A stretch of DNA of 64,000 nucleotides from a virus. This document shows, one piece after another, positions 38,825 to 48,493 of the stretch; positions within the stretch are counted from its first letter, which is position 1, and the number at the start of each line of letters is the position of its first letter. The stretch lies in the IMG/VR virus record IMGVR_UViG_3300020477_001932, positions 1-64,000 of that record; one strand, given 5' to 3'. The position numbers were made by a program, and so were the translations under genes. The notes under the pieces are model-generated. The model was not told the DNA's origin, did not search any database, and saw nothing but the letters and a program-made list of their open reading frames with translations.

Positions 38825-39622
38825 ATGATGGAAGAAGAAAACAAACCAAAACGACCTAGTGATTGGGCTAAAGAAGAAAAGGCTAAACAACCAGAAAAAA
38901 AACCATTAGAAGAACAAAAGTTTGATAAAAATGGTAAGCTTTTTGTTAAACTTACTATGGATGATAGTGCATTGGTAGTTCGTGCTGACGGTTCTGTTGA
39001 GTTAATTAGCCATGACTTAGAAAACTCAGATGATGGTTATGTTGGTGATGTTGAAGATTTAAATAAAACTTTTTCTTTGGTGTTAGCATTAGCTTCTGCA
39101 TTAGAGAATGAAGATTTGTATAATCGTATATTCCATAACCTTAATATGACATTGATGAAAAAATGGGATAATATGCCTGATGATATTAAACAACAAATTG
39201 TAAAAAAGAGAAATAAAATTGATAACAGTCGAAATTCTCAAGAAGAGCTAGAAAAGAAGAAACGTGTTGAGGAATTTCGTAAACGAATGAACAAATATAA
39301 AGAAACTTTCTTAGATGATTTGGATGCAGAAAAAGAAAGACTGAAACAAGATATGCGTGATGAAGAAGATTTCCATAAACGGTATGGTAGAGATTTTGGT
39401 GCTGAACAAGAATATCCAGATCACTTAATGCCAGAAGATATTGATCCTTTTATGAATGGCCCAGGTGGAGATATGGAATCCAGACCAAGAAAAAAGATAA
39501 AGAAAAAGAAAGTTTCTTTGGATAGTCTAAGAGGTGTTGATTGGGACCCATACCATGAAACATTAAAAACTAAAAAGGGAAAATGGCGTTTAGATTATCC
39601 CCCTGATGATGAGGAGGAATAA
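38825..39622 (+). CDS. hypothetical protein (likely paralog of 28612-29172)
   Basis: VKLTMDDSALVVRADGSVEL motif; coupled to gp62. Confidence 0.7.
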   Translation: MMEEENKPKRPSDWAKEEKAKQPEKKPLEEQKFDKNGKLFVKLTMDDSALVVRADGSVELISHDLENSDDGYVGDVEDLNKTFSLVLALASALENEDLYNRIFHNLNMTLMKKWDNMPDDIKQQIVKKRNKIDNSRNSQEELEKKKRVEEFRKRMNKYKETFLDDLDAEKERLKQDMRDEEDFHKRYGRDFGAEQEYPDHLMPEDIDPFMNGPGGDMESRPRKKIKKKKVSLDSLRGVDWDPYHETLKTKKGKWRLDYPPDDEEE

Positions 39623-39999
39623 TGAATCCGTTTGAGTATGCTAATGAGTTGATAACAAAAGATAAGTATGATGAAGAAGTACCAGATAGAAAAGATTATA
39701 AACCATTTCTGATTAATCGTACTTTATCATATCATAATGATTTAATACATTATGTCAATTATTTGAATCAATATCCAGATGTAAATGATAAACTGCATTA
39801 TGATTTTCTTAATTTGTCCATAGCAAAGAAAAAGAGACCTAAGAAATGGTGGGTCAAGGGCAAGAAGTATGAGAACATGGAAGTTATAAAAGAGTATTAT
39901 AAGTACAGTACAGATAAGGCAATTACAGCCTTGTCAGTTTTATCTGATAAAGATATTAAAAACATCAAAAATAAGCTCTTCAAGGGCGGAGGAAAGTAA
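39622..39999 (+). CDS. gp62: clamp loader small subunit
   Basis: MNPFEY, YKPFLINRTLSY, YDFL, IKEYYKYSTDKA. Confidence 0.9.
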   Translation: MNPFEYANELITKDKYDEEVPDRKDYKPFLINRTLSYHNDLIHYVNYLNQYPDVNDKLHYDFLNLSIAKKKRPKKWWVKGKKYENMEVIKEYYKYSTDKAITALSVLSDKDIKNIKNKLFKGGGK

Positions 40000-40002
40000 T
40001 AT

Positions 40003-40010
40003 TATAAATA
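40003..40010 (+). promoter_or_regulatory. late promoter upstream of regA
   Basis: Intergenic TATAAATA. Confidence 0.65.
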
Positions 40011-40064
40011 CTTATATAATGTATTATATTCTATAAAAACAGTTGATTTGAAAGGAACAGTACA

Positions 40065-40535
40065 ATGAATGATAATGTTAAGTGGTCAATCGAAGATATG
40101 ATAGAAGTTCGATTGAAAGAAGATGATGATTTTCTAAAAGTCAAAGAAACACTCACACGAATTGGAATAGCCTCGCGCAGAGAAAAAAAGTTATTTCAAT
40201 CTTGCCATATACTACACAAACAAGGTAAATATTATATTGTGCATTTTAAAGAGTTGTTTGCTCTTGATGGAAAGCCTACCAACATTTCTGAGAACGATAT
40301 TGAACGTAGAAATACCGTTGTAAATCTTTTGAACGAATGGGACTTGGTTGAGATCGTTGTACCTGAAAAGGCTCAACCAACTACTTCTATTCGACAAATG
40401 AAAATTCTTCCTTTTAGTGAAAAGGGTGAATGGGATTTACAAGCTAAATATACTATTGGTAATGTATCAATAAAAACAACTAAAGAACCTAAAGAAAAAT
40501 CTTTTGAAATAAATGATGATGATTTTGCAATATGA
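40065..40535 (+). CDS. regA: translational repressor RegA
   Basis: DDFLKVKETLTRIGIAS, QSCHILHKQGKYYIVHFKELFALDG. Confidence 0.97.
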   Translation: MNDNVKWSIEDMIEVRLKEDDDFLKVKETLTRIGIASRREKKLFQSCHILHKQGKYYIVHFKELFALDGKPTNISENDIERRNTVVNLLNEWDLVEIVVPEKAQPTTSIRQMKILPFSEKGEWDLQAKYTIGNVSIKTTKEPKEKSFEINDDDFAI

Positions 40536-40795
40536 AAATTCTTTTATTATGTAGTATTATTATTATTACTAGTTGTACTACTGCTAGTGAATTGGCTTTA
40601 AATACAGCAGCTGGTGTATTAGGTAATATGATTGATAGAAGGGTTGAAGATAAACTTGGTAATGATGCTGGTTTATCTGATGAAAAACTTGATGGTAAGA
40701 TAAGTAGAAAAAATGTTATTTTATGTAAACTAACTTTTATAGAAAATGAGGAGCGATATTATGAATGTGAAGATCGTGAAGATGATAAGCGGTGA
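40532..40795 (+). CDS. putative small lipoprotein
   Basis: Hydrophobic N-terminus with ITSC lipobox-like site. Confidence 0.55.
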   Translation: MKILLLCSIIIITSCTTASELALNTAAGVLGNMIDRRVEDKLGNDAGLSDEKLDGKISRKNVILCKLTFIENEERYYECEDREDDKR

Positions 40796-41042
40796 AGAAA
40801 TTATAGGTGAATGGGACGATAAAGCAGGTATAATAAAAAATCCTGTTGTAATGATTCCCGTGGATAAAAATAAAATAGCTTTCCAACCATGGCTTCCATA
40901 TGCCGAAGATAAAGAATACAAATTAAAAGAAGCACAGATACACGTTGTAGCTAATCCTAGCTCTACGATTGTTAATGAATACAATCGTATGTTTGGCTCA
41001 GGTATAGTGGTTCCTACTGATGGTGGTGGGCTTATTGCTTAA
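40761..41042 (+). CDS. T4-like hypothetical protein upstream of gp43
   Basis: VKIVKMISGEEII..PWLPY..YNRMFGSGIVVP. Confidence 0.75.
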   Translation: MNVKIVKMISGEEIIGEWDDKAGIIKNPVVMIPVDKNKIAFQPWLPYAEDKEYKLKEAQIHVVANPSSTIVNEYNRMFGSGIVVPTDGGGLIA

Positions 41043-41046
41043 GCTT

Positions 41047-41079
41047 TTCCTTACATTACGAACCTTTTTTTGATATAAT
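41047..41079 (+). promoter_or_regulatory. sigma70-type promoter, TTCC family (gp43)
   Basis: TTCC-TTACAT-N17-TATAAT; ATG 9 nt downstream, no SD. Confidence 0.75.
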
Positions 41080-41088
41080 ATATACACT

Positions 41089-43602
41089 ATGAAATTCTAT
41101 ACCTACGCAAGTCAAGTATTCAATAAAATCTATATTCGTGAAATAGATAATAAGGGTGAAGAATATTCTGAAACATTTGATTTCAAACCAACTCTTTATG
41201 TTCCAGCCCCAAAAGAAAAAGCAAATTTTAAAACATTAGATAATCGGCCTTTGGCTGATATAAAGTTTCCTTCAATAAAAGAGTGTAAAGATTTTATTGA
41301 CCAATATTCAGGTGTTACCAATTATAAGATTTTTGGTAATACAAATTATGTATTTCAGTTTTTATCTGAGCAATACGCTGATGATGTTCAATGGGATAAA
41401 TCCAAAATATTAATATATACTCTTGACATTGAGGTTGCTTCAGATGATGGCTTTCCAGATATTCGTTTGGCCAATGCACCAATAACAGCAATAACAGTTC
41501 ATAACAGCATTAACGATACATATTATGTTTTTGGTACTGGTGATTATATACCAGATAAAAATATTAAGTATTTTCGTTTAGATAATGAAGAAGAAATGAT
41601 GCAAGTTTTCTTGGATTGGTGGAAAGATAATCCGCCTCATATCATTACTGGATGGAATTGTAAATTCTTTGATATTCCATACATTGTCAATCGAATGAAA
41701 TATCTTGATATTGAAGCCAAGTATCTTTCACCAATTAAAAGAGTAGTCGATAAGAATGTAGTTATTGCAGGCCGTGATAATATGTATTATACGATTATCG
41801 GCATATCTACTCTGGATTATATTGATTTATATAAAAAATATACTTACAAGGCAAGAGAATCATATCGTCTGGATTATATAGGCCAAGTGGAGCTTGGCAT
41901 GGGAAAAATTACAGATGATGAAATGCAAGGGTATGATTTATATAAAACAGATTATCAAAAGTTTATAGAATATAATATAAAAGACGTTGAGATTGTTAAA
42001 AAACTAGACGATAAGATGAAATTATTGGATTTGGTCATAACTATAGCCTATGAATCCAAGATTAATTTTGAAGATGTATTTTCACCAGTTAAGACCTGGG
42101 AAACTATTATTTACAATTTCTTGAGAAAACAAAATATAGCTGTTCCACAGGAACGGCATAAGGGAGAAACAAAAGGTGGCATTGAGGGTGGATATGTAAA
42201 AGAACCTCATGTTGGTTTACATAAATGGGTAGTATCATTTGACTTAAATTCTCTTTATCCACATTTAATTCAGCAATACAATATCAGTCCAGAAATGATT
42301 TCAGATGATGAAGTTCTCAAGATAAAATATAAAGATGGAGTCAAAGGCTTACTGAATAAGCAATTAGATACAAAATATTTAAAAGAACATCAAATGACGT
42401 TGACTCCAAATGGTCAACATTTCTCAACAAAACGTCAAGGATTTCTTCCAAAGTTAATGAAATCTATGTATGATGAAAGAGTTATTTACAAAAAGAAAAT
42501 GCTTGAAGAAGAGCAGAGATTGGAGGATGGAAATTATAAAAATAAAGAAGAAGTTGTAAATAATATAGCAAAATTTAATAATGTCCAGATGGCTAAAAAG
42601 ATACTCTTAAATAGCGCCTATGGTGCATTGGCCAATCAGTATTTCTTGTATTATTCTCCTGAACAGGCAGAAGCCGTTACTATGTCTGGTCAGTTGTCGA
42701 TTAGATGGATCGAAAAGTATATAAATAAATTCATCAACGATTTACTCAAAACAGGAGATAGAGATTATGTTATCGCATCGGATACAGATAGCATTTATAT
42801 CACGTTTGATAAGTTGGTTAATGAAGTGTGGGGAGAGGGAGCTGAAACTGAGAAAGTTATCATGTTCTTGGATAAAATGTGCAAAGATAGGATTGAACCA
42901 TATATTGATGAGTGTTATAAAGTTCTTCATTCGTATGTAAATTCATACGAGCAGAAGATGGTGATGAAAAGAGAGTCGATAGCTGACAAAGGTATCTGGA
43001 CAGCTAAGAAACGATACATTTTAAATGTATATGATTCTGAGGGTGTAAGATACAAAGAACCTAAATTAAAGATAATGGGTATTGAGAGTGTCAGAAGTTC
43101 TACCCCTCAATGGTGTCGGGAGAACATACAATCGTTGATAAAGACAATTATCAATACAGATGAGCAGACAGTAATAAAAACTATTGAAGATTATAGAGAA
43201 ACTTTCAAGACTTTGAAGTTTAGTGATATTGCATTTCCAAGATCAGTCAAAGGCTTGAGTAAATATAAATCTTCAAAAGATATTTACATTAAAGCTACTC
43301 CAATTCATGTTCGGGGTACTTTATTGTATAACCATCATTTAAAGGAGAAAAACTTAGTAAAGAAATATCAATTAATCCGTGATGGAGAAAAGATTAAGTT
43401 TGCATATCTGAAAGAGCCAAACATACTCGGTGAGAATGTGATTGCTATTGCAACTGTCTTGCCGAGTGAGTTTGGTTTAGAGAAATATATAGATTATGAC
43501 TTACAATTCGATAAATCGTTTCTGCAGCCAATTAAGAATATATTGGATGTTATTGGATGGAAGTCAGAGAATATGAGTTCGTTAGAATCATTTTTTGGGT
43601 GA
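41089..43602 (+). CDS. gp43: family B DNA polymerase
   Basis: DIE exo I, SFDLNSLYP, KILLNSAYG, DTDS, KKRY. Confidence 0.98.
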   Translation: MKFYTYASQVFNKIYIREIDNKGEEYSETFDFKPTLYVPAPKEKANFKTLDNRPLADIKFPSIKECKDFIDQYSGVTNYKIFGNTNYVFQFLSEQYADDVQWDKSKILIYTLDIEVASDDGFPDIRLANAPITAITVHNSINDTYYVFGTGDYIPDKNIKYFRLDNEEEMMQVFLDWWKDNPPHIITGWNCKFFDIPYIVNRMKYLDIEAKYLSPIKRVVDKNVVIAGRDNMYYTIIGISTLDYIDLYKKYTYKARESYRLDYIGQVELGMGKITDDEMQGYDLYKTDYQKFIEYNIKDVEIVKKLDDKMKLLDLVITIAYESKINFEDVFSPVKTWETIIYNFLRKQNIAVPQERHKGETKGGIEGGYVKEPHVGLHKWVVSFDLNSLYPHLIQQYNISPEMISDDEVLKIKYKDGVKGLLNKQLDTKYLKEHQMTLTPNGQHFSTKRQGFLPKLMKSMYDERVIYKKKMLEEEQRLEDGNYKNKEEVVNNIAKFNNVQMAKKILLNSAYGALANQYFLYYSPEQAEAVTMSGQLSIRWIEKYINKFINDLLKTGDRDYVIASDTDSIYITFDKLVNEVWGEGAETEKVIMFLDKMCKDRIEPYIDECYKVLHSYVNSYEQKMVMKRESIADKGIWTAKKRYILNVYDSEGVRYKEPKLKIMGIESVRSSTPQWCRENIQSLIKTIINTDEQTVIKTIEDYRETFKTLKFSDIAFPRSVKGLSKYKSSKDIYIKATPIHVRGTLLYNHHLKEKNLVKKYQLIRDGEKIKFAYLKEPNILGENVIAIATVLPSEFGLEKYIDYDLQFDKSFLQPIKNILDVIGWKSENMSSLESFFG

Positions 43603-44797
43603 AGTTGTGAAGATTTATATAGAAGATGAGTTTATTAATCTTGTAAGAAAAGATATAAATCCATTGTCTTTTAAAGATTTTGTTCAAACAAAACAAATAA
43701 GCAATTTGTGGGATAAATTAGAATTTGATGATATTAGGATAAAGTCTTTAAAAACAAAAGAAGAATTTTATAAATGGTGTTATGATTTCATTCATAATGA
43801 CGAGCCACTTAAAGTATATTTTAGAAAAAGATTATCATATAATACACAATCAGTACATGAAGAAGTACCAATACAAAATATAAAAAATATAAAAGATTCT
43901 ATAATACATATATCGAATAATTCTAGGTATATAAAAAATATAAATTTACCAAGTATTTTAGATTGTAGAGCATTTGATGGTAAAAGTATAAAAAATATAT
44001 ATAAAGATGCACTTGAACTTGGTAAGATAGATAGATGTATAACAATGCCATCTGTTTTTAAAGATTCTTCTAATGGAAATTATGATACGTTTGTGGTTAC
44101 AATGAAAACTATTTCTGGGCAAATGTCTATTTTTAGTCCAGTAATTTATAATATGTTATTAAATAAGGTAAATGGATATTTAGAAAAAAAAGATAAATGT
44201 AAAATACTTATTCCATCTGCTTCGTGGGGTAGTCCTATTATAGCTACTTTGAATGAAGAAAAATATTCAGATATTCATATAGTTGATGTTCAACAAGCAG
44301 TTTTAAATGTTTGTGAGGATATTTTTAATGATTATGTAGATAAGCCTTTTCGTAAGTTATCTGGCATTAAACCCCCATACAATTTAAAAACATTTTGTGT
44401 ACCATCTGAAAATATGACTGAGGTTATTGATAATAATTATGATACAGTATTCTTTTGTCCGCCTTATTATGATTTAGAGCTTTATGGTGGTAGTGATTTA
44501 CAATCAACTACTTTATATCAAACGTATGAAGAATGGTTAGATTTATATTGGAGAAAAACAGTTAATGAATGTTATAAAGTTTTAAATACTGGTGGAATGT
44601 TTTGTTTTGTGATGGGTAGGCTTTGTAGAGGATATGAAATGGGTAATGATATGAAAAAAATTGCAGAAGAAAAATTTAATTTAATTGATGAAATTAAAAT
44701 ATTGCCCCCTAATGAATCAACTAGGGATAGCAATAAAATTGAAAAGTATGAAATATGTTACATTATGAAAAAGGAGATAGATTATGGCAGTAAATAA
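43595..44797 (+). CDS. amino-methyltransferase-like protein (N4/N6 DNA MTase type)
   Basis: Motif I-like LIPSASWGS, motif IV-like FFCPPYYDLELY, YEEWL; start uncertain. Confidence 0.7.
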   Translation: MGEVVKIYIEDEFINLVRKDINPLSFKDFVQTKQISNLWDKLEFDDIRIKSLKTKEEFYKWCYDFIHNDEPLKVYFRKRLSYNTQSVHEEVPIQNIKNIKDSIIHISNNSRYIKNINLPSILDCRAFDGKSIKNIYKDALELGKIDRCITMPSVFKDSSNGNYDTFVVTMKTISGQMSIFSPVIYNMLLNKVNGYLEKKDKCKILIPSASWGSPIIATLNEEKYSDIHIVDVQQAVLNVCEDIFNDYVDKPFRKLSGIKPPYNLKTFCVPSENMTEVIDNNYDTVFFCPPYYDLELYGGSDLQSTTLYQTYEEWLDLYWRKTVNECYKVLNTGGMFCFVMGRLCRGYEMGNDMKKIAEEKFNLIDEIKILPPNESTRDSNKIEKYEICYIMKKEIDYGSK

Positions 44798-45815
44798 TTT
44801 GGTCAAACAATTAATAAAGGAGAGTTCAAATGATATGGCGTCGGTTGTATCCGCTGGGATTCTTGGTGATTGCTCTACTTTTGTGGATACTGGGTCTTAT
44901 ACGTTAAATGCTTTATTGAGTGGTTCTTTATATGGTGGTGTTCCATCAAATAAGATTACTTGTTTAGCAGGACAAGAGGCTGTCGGTAAAACATTTTTTG
45001 CATTAAGCATAGCCAAGAATTTTTTAGATACTAATAAAGATGGTATTATATTATATTTTGAAAGTGAAGGTGCATTGACAACGGAAATGATAACAGATAG
45101 AGGATTAGATCCTGATAGATTTATTGTATTTCCAGTTGCTACAGTAGAAGAATTTAGAACACAATGTCTCAAAGTTATAGAGGGAGTTCCAAAAGACCAC
45201 AAAGTTATGATCTTTTTGGATTCTCTAGGAAATTTATCAACAAAGAAAGAAATGGAAGATTCTGCTAGTGGTTCTGATAAAAGAGATATGACTAGAGCTC
45301 CTGTTGTTAGGGGAACATTCAGAACATTAGCAATTAAATTAGCAAGTAAAAACATTCCACTTATTATCACAAATCATACTTACGATAAAGTCGGCAGTAT
45401 GTTTCCATCAAAAGAGATTTCTGGTGGTGGTGGAATTAAGTATGCAGCTTCAGTAATTGTTACTCTAGGAAAACGAAAAGTTAAAGAGGGTACTGAAGTG
45501 ATGGGTAATATTATTAAGTGTAAGCTACATAAAGGTAGATTTACAAAAGAAGAATCAGTTGTTGAAACAATGCTTGACTACCAGACTGGCTTAGACAAAT
45601 ATTTTGGACTGGTTGAGATTGCAGAGAAATATGAAATTTTTAAAAAGGTTTCTACAAGATTTGAAATGCCAGACGGAACAAAAGTTTTTGAAAAGGCAAT
45701 CGTCAATAATCCAGAAAAATACTTTACAGAGGATATAATGAAACAACTTGAAGAAGCTGTATTTCAAGAGTTTAATTATGGCTCCAAAAAGGGAGAACAG
45801 GATGAGGACGCATGA
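44784..45815 (+). CDS. uvsX: RecA-like recombinase UvsX
   Basis: DTGSYTLNALLSG, GQEAVGKT, DSLGNL, DMTRA, SGGGG. Confidence 0.95.
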   Translation: MAVNNLVKQLIKESSNDMASVVSAGILGDCSTFVDTGSYTLNALLSGSLYGGVPSNKITCLAGQEAVGKTFFALSIAKNFLDTNKDGIILYFESEGALTTEMITDRGLDPDRFIVFPVATVEEFRTQCLKVIEGVPKDHKVMIFLDSLGNLSTKKEMEDSASGSDKRDMTRAPVVRGTFRTLAIKLASKNIPLIITNHTYDKVGSMFPSKEISGGGGIKYAASVIVTLGKRKVKEGTEVMGNIIKCKLHKGRFTKEESVVETMLDYQTGLDKYFGLVEIAEKYEIFKKVSTRFEMPDGTKVFEKAIVNNPEKYFTEDIMKQLEEAVFQEFNYGSKKGEQDEDA

Positions 45816-45957
45816 TGTAGGTTTAAAAATATTATGGATGGTTGTTGGTATTATTATAGTTGGAGGAATTTACTGCTTATCATATTATAACGTGGATGAA
45901 GCCGTGGTAAGTGAGTCGAAAACATTTATGGAATTTGTGAGAACTGTATTAAAATGA
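45802..45957 (+). CDS. small single-pass membrane protein
   Basis: GGAG SD; ILWMVVGIIIVGGIYCL. Confidence 0.6.
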   Translation: MRTHDVGLKILWMVVGIIIVGGIYCLSYYNVDEAVVSESKTFMEFVRTVLK

Positions 45958-46604
45958 TAACAATGAATAACGAAGAAACAGAAAGATTATTTAGAGCATA
46001 TACATCTTATAGGGGAGTATATGCTCATTTTTTTGGTGAGTATGATTATTTTAAGTATGGAGGTTCTGGGCCATGGAATAATCCAGATTCAATGGAAAAG
46101 TTTTTTAATAAAAATGAGTCTGGTAATTTTTCCATGCAAAGAACTATATTTAAAAATATTGCAAACTCATTTGATAGTAAAAAAGACTTAGTATTCTTTT
46201 TTCTTTCACAATTTACTAATGAGTTGATTTATCCGACAGTATTTGATACAGATGTTTATGATGAATATAAAGCCAGGATGAATAACTTTGATTTCCATAT
46301 ACAACAAGATATGGAAGAAGTCAAAAAGTGTATGAAAGAATATAATATAAGCTTTGATGAGATATTCATTACTAAAAGTATGAATCATCCATATATATTG
46401 AAGCTAAGTCTTTCAAAGAGAATATCATTAGAAACATTTGCAGTATTAGATATGATATTGAATTTTATTCCAGAGATAGATAAGTATTTAAAAGACCCTA
46501 TCTGGAAAGATCATAAGAAGTTAGTTGTGAATTATAAGCCATTTTTAGAAGTAGATATAGAAAAGCAAAAGAAATTAATAATGGATGTACTTATGAAAGG
46601 ATGA
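45954..46604 (+). CDS. gp59: helicase loader gp59
   Basis: AY..Y....AHF..EYDYFKYGG, HPYILK, ISLETF, YKPFL. Confidence 0.8.
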   Translation: MITMNNEETERLFRAYTSYRGVYAHFFGEYDYFKYGGSGPWNNPDSMEKFFNKNESGNFSMQRTIFKNIANSFDSKKDLVFFFLSQFTNELIYPTVFDTDVYDEYKARMNNFDFHIQQDMEEVKKCMKEYNISFDEIFITKSMNHPYILKLSLSKRISLETFAVLDMILNFIPEIDKYLKDPIWKDHKKLVVNYKPFLEVDIEKQKKLIMDVLMKG

Positions 46605-46605
46605 T

Positions 46606-48027
46606 ATGCGAACTGAAACATTGATTTTAGAAAATCTTTTATATAATGACAATTATTCAAGTATCGTTGGTATCTTCTTAAAACCAGAATATTTCAAAGA
46701 GAACGCTGAGAAGCAAATCTTTATAGAAATACAAAAACACATTTCGGAGTTTAATAAAGCTCCAACAAAAGAAGCACTATCAGTCAAACTGAATAACAGA
46801 GAAGATTTGAATGAAGCTGCATTTAATAAATGTAATGAAGTTCTTGAAACTCTAAAAGGTAAAACAGATGATGAAGAATGGTTGACAAAAGAAACAGAAA
46901 AGTGGGCAAAAGACCAAGCAGTATATAATGGTATCGTGCAAAGTATTTCTATCTTGGAAGGTAAAGATAAGAAAGCCTCCAAGGATGTCATTCCAGAAAT
47001 TCTTACAGAAGCATTAGCCGTTTCATTAGATAAAAGTATCGGACATAATTATTTGGAAGATGGTGAAAATAGATGGGAATTTTATCATCAAAAAGAAACT
47101 AAAATTCCATTTAAAATGATTATGCTTGATAAAATTACTGGTGGTGGTATCTCGCCAAAAACTCTTACAGTCTTATTAGGTGGAACTGGTGTTGGTAAAA
47201 CTCTAGTAAAAACTCATTTTGCATCACAATATTTAAGACAGGGAAAAAATGTTTTATATATTACAATGGAAATGGCTGAAGAAAGAATAGCTGAAAGAGT
47301 TGATGCTAACTTAATGGATGTTGAGTTAAATGATTTACATAGAATGCCGAAAGATATGTTTGAGAAAAATCTCAAAGAAATGAAAATCGGTAAGTTAGTT
47401 GTTAAAGAATATCCAACAGCTGGAGCCCATGTTGGTAATTTTCGTGCATTGATACGAGAATTGAAAATTAAAAAAGACTTCACACCAGATATTATCATTT
47501 TGGATTATTTAAATATTTGTGCATCTAGCAGAGTGAAGTGGGCTGCAAATATGAATACCTACATTTATATCAAATCTATTGCAGAGGAGGTTCGTGGTTT
47601 GGCAGTAGAATGTAATGTTCCAATTATTACAAGTTCACAATTAAATCGGGAAGGGTTTACAAGTTCGGATCCTGATTTATCTAATACGTCTGAAAGTTTT
47701 GGATTACCAGCAACAGCAGATTTAATGCTTGCAATTATAGCAAAAGATGATGGAGTTGGTACGAATAACCAGATTTTGTTTAAGCAGTTGAAGAATCGTT
47801 ATAGTGATATTTCTTTGAATAGTAAATTCTTGGTTAATGTAGTTAAGAAGAAAATGATGTTGGTGGATATAGAAGAAAATGACCAGCCTGCTCTAGCAAA
47901 TGATGGTAGCAATAAATATTATGAAAAGAAGTCAGATGCAAATTCTAGTTCAAATCCATTGGCCAAAGAGTTCAAAATTAGACCAAAGTTGAGGACTGAA
48001 AAAGCCTATGATGATTGGAATATATAA
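46606..48027 (+). CDS. gp41: replicative helicase
   Basis: GGTGVGKT, YITMEMAEERIAERVD, KEYPT, DYLNIC, SESFGLPATAD, QLKNRY. Confidence 0.96.
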   Translation: MRTETLILENLLYNDNYSSIVGIFLKPEYFKENAEKQIFIEIQKHISEFNKAPTKEALSVKLNNREDLNEAAFNKCNEVLETLKGKTDDEEWLTKETEKWAKDQAVYNGIVQSISILEGKDKKASKDVIPEILTEALAVSLDKSIGHNYLEDGENRWEFYHQKETKIPFKMIMLDKITGGGISPKTLTVLLGGTGVGKTLVKTHFASQYLRQGKNVLYITMEMAEERIAERVDANLMDVELNDLHRMPKDMFEKNLKEMKIGKLVVKEYPTAGAHVGNFRALIRELKIKKDFTPDIIILDYLNICASSRVKWAANMNTYIYIKSIAEEVRGLAVECNVPIITSSQLNREGFTSSDPDLSNTSESFGLPATADLMLAIIAKDDGVGTNNQILFKQLKNRYSDISLNSKFLVNVVKKKMMLVDIEENDQPALANDGSNKYYEKKSDANSSSNPLAKEFKIRPKLRTEKAYDDWNI

Positions 48028-48030
48028 ATA
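48023..48030 (+). promoter_or_regulatory. late promoter
   Basis: TATAAATA overlapping gp41 stop. Confidence 0.7.
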
Positions 48031-48055
48031 ATAGTATAACTTAAAGGAGGCTATT

Positions 48056-48277
48056 ATGCAAGATTTAACTATTTCTGATGGCTGGTTTAATAAAAAAGAA
48101 GATGAAAAACCATTAATGAAGAAATTATGTGAACATCGAGCTGATACAACTACTTTGGATTATGATGTAGGTATAGAATATTGCAATTTTTGTGGTGCAT
48201 TAGGCCACTATAACGTAGATATTGACAAGGTGGAGTGGAAATTGCCTGAGTTTTTAGTGAAGCAGAATTATAACTAG
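48056..48277 (+). CDS. small Cys/His protein
   Basis: AAGGAGG SD; CEH..CNFCG. Confidence 0.7.
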   Translation: MQDLTISDGWFNKKEDEKPLMKKLCEHRADTTTLDYDVGIEYCNFCGALGHYNVDIDKVEWKLPEFLVKQNYN

Positions 48278-48289
48278 GCTGAAAAGTAT

Positions 48290-48297
48290 TATAAATA
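48290..48297 (+). promoter_or_regulatory. late promoter heading the capsid-cargo cluster
   Basis: Intergenic TATAAATA. Confidence 0.7.
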
Positions 48298-48307
48298 TAG
48301 AGTAAAT

Positions 48308-48493
48308 ATGAGTGATGATATTAAAAAAATGTTTTCCGATGCAGTAGAAAAAGCCGTAACGGAAAAAGAAGAAATTAGTGAAAATTCTATCTTACATAGA
48401 ATTTTAGCTACTAATGTTGACCATTATAAGATATGTCCATTTCGGTCATTAAACGTGGATGATTGCCCACTATGTAAGATAAAAAACTTATGA
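48308..48493 (+). CDS. small Cys-rich protein
   Basis: HYKICP..CPLC; ATGA overlap with next gene. Confidence 0.6.
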   Translation: MSDDIKKMFSDAVEKAVTEKEEISENSILHRILATNVDHYKICPFRSLNVDDCPLCKIKNL

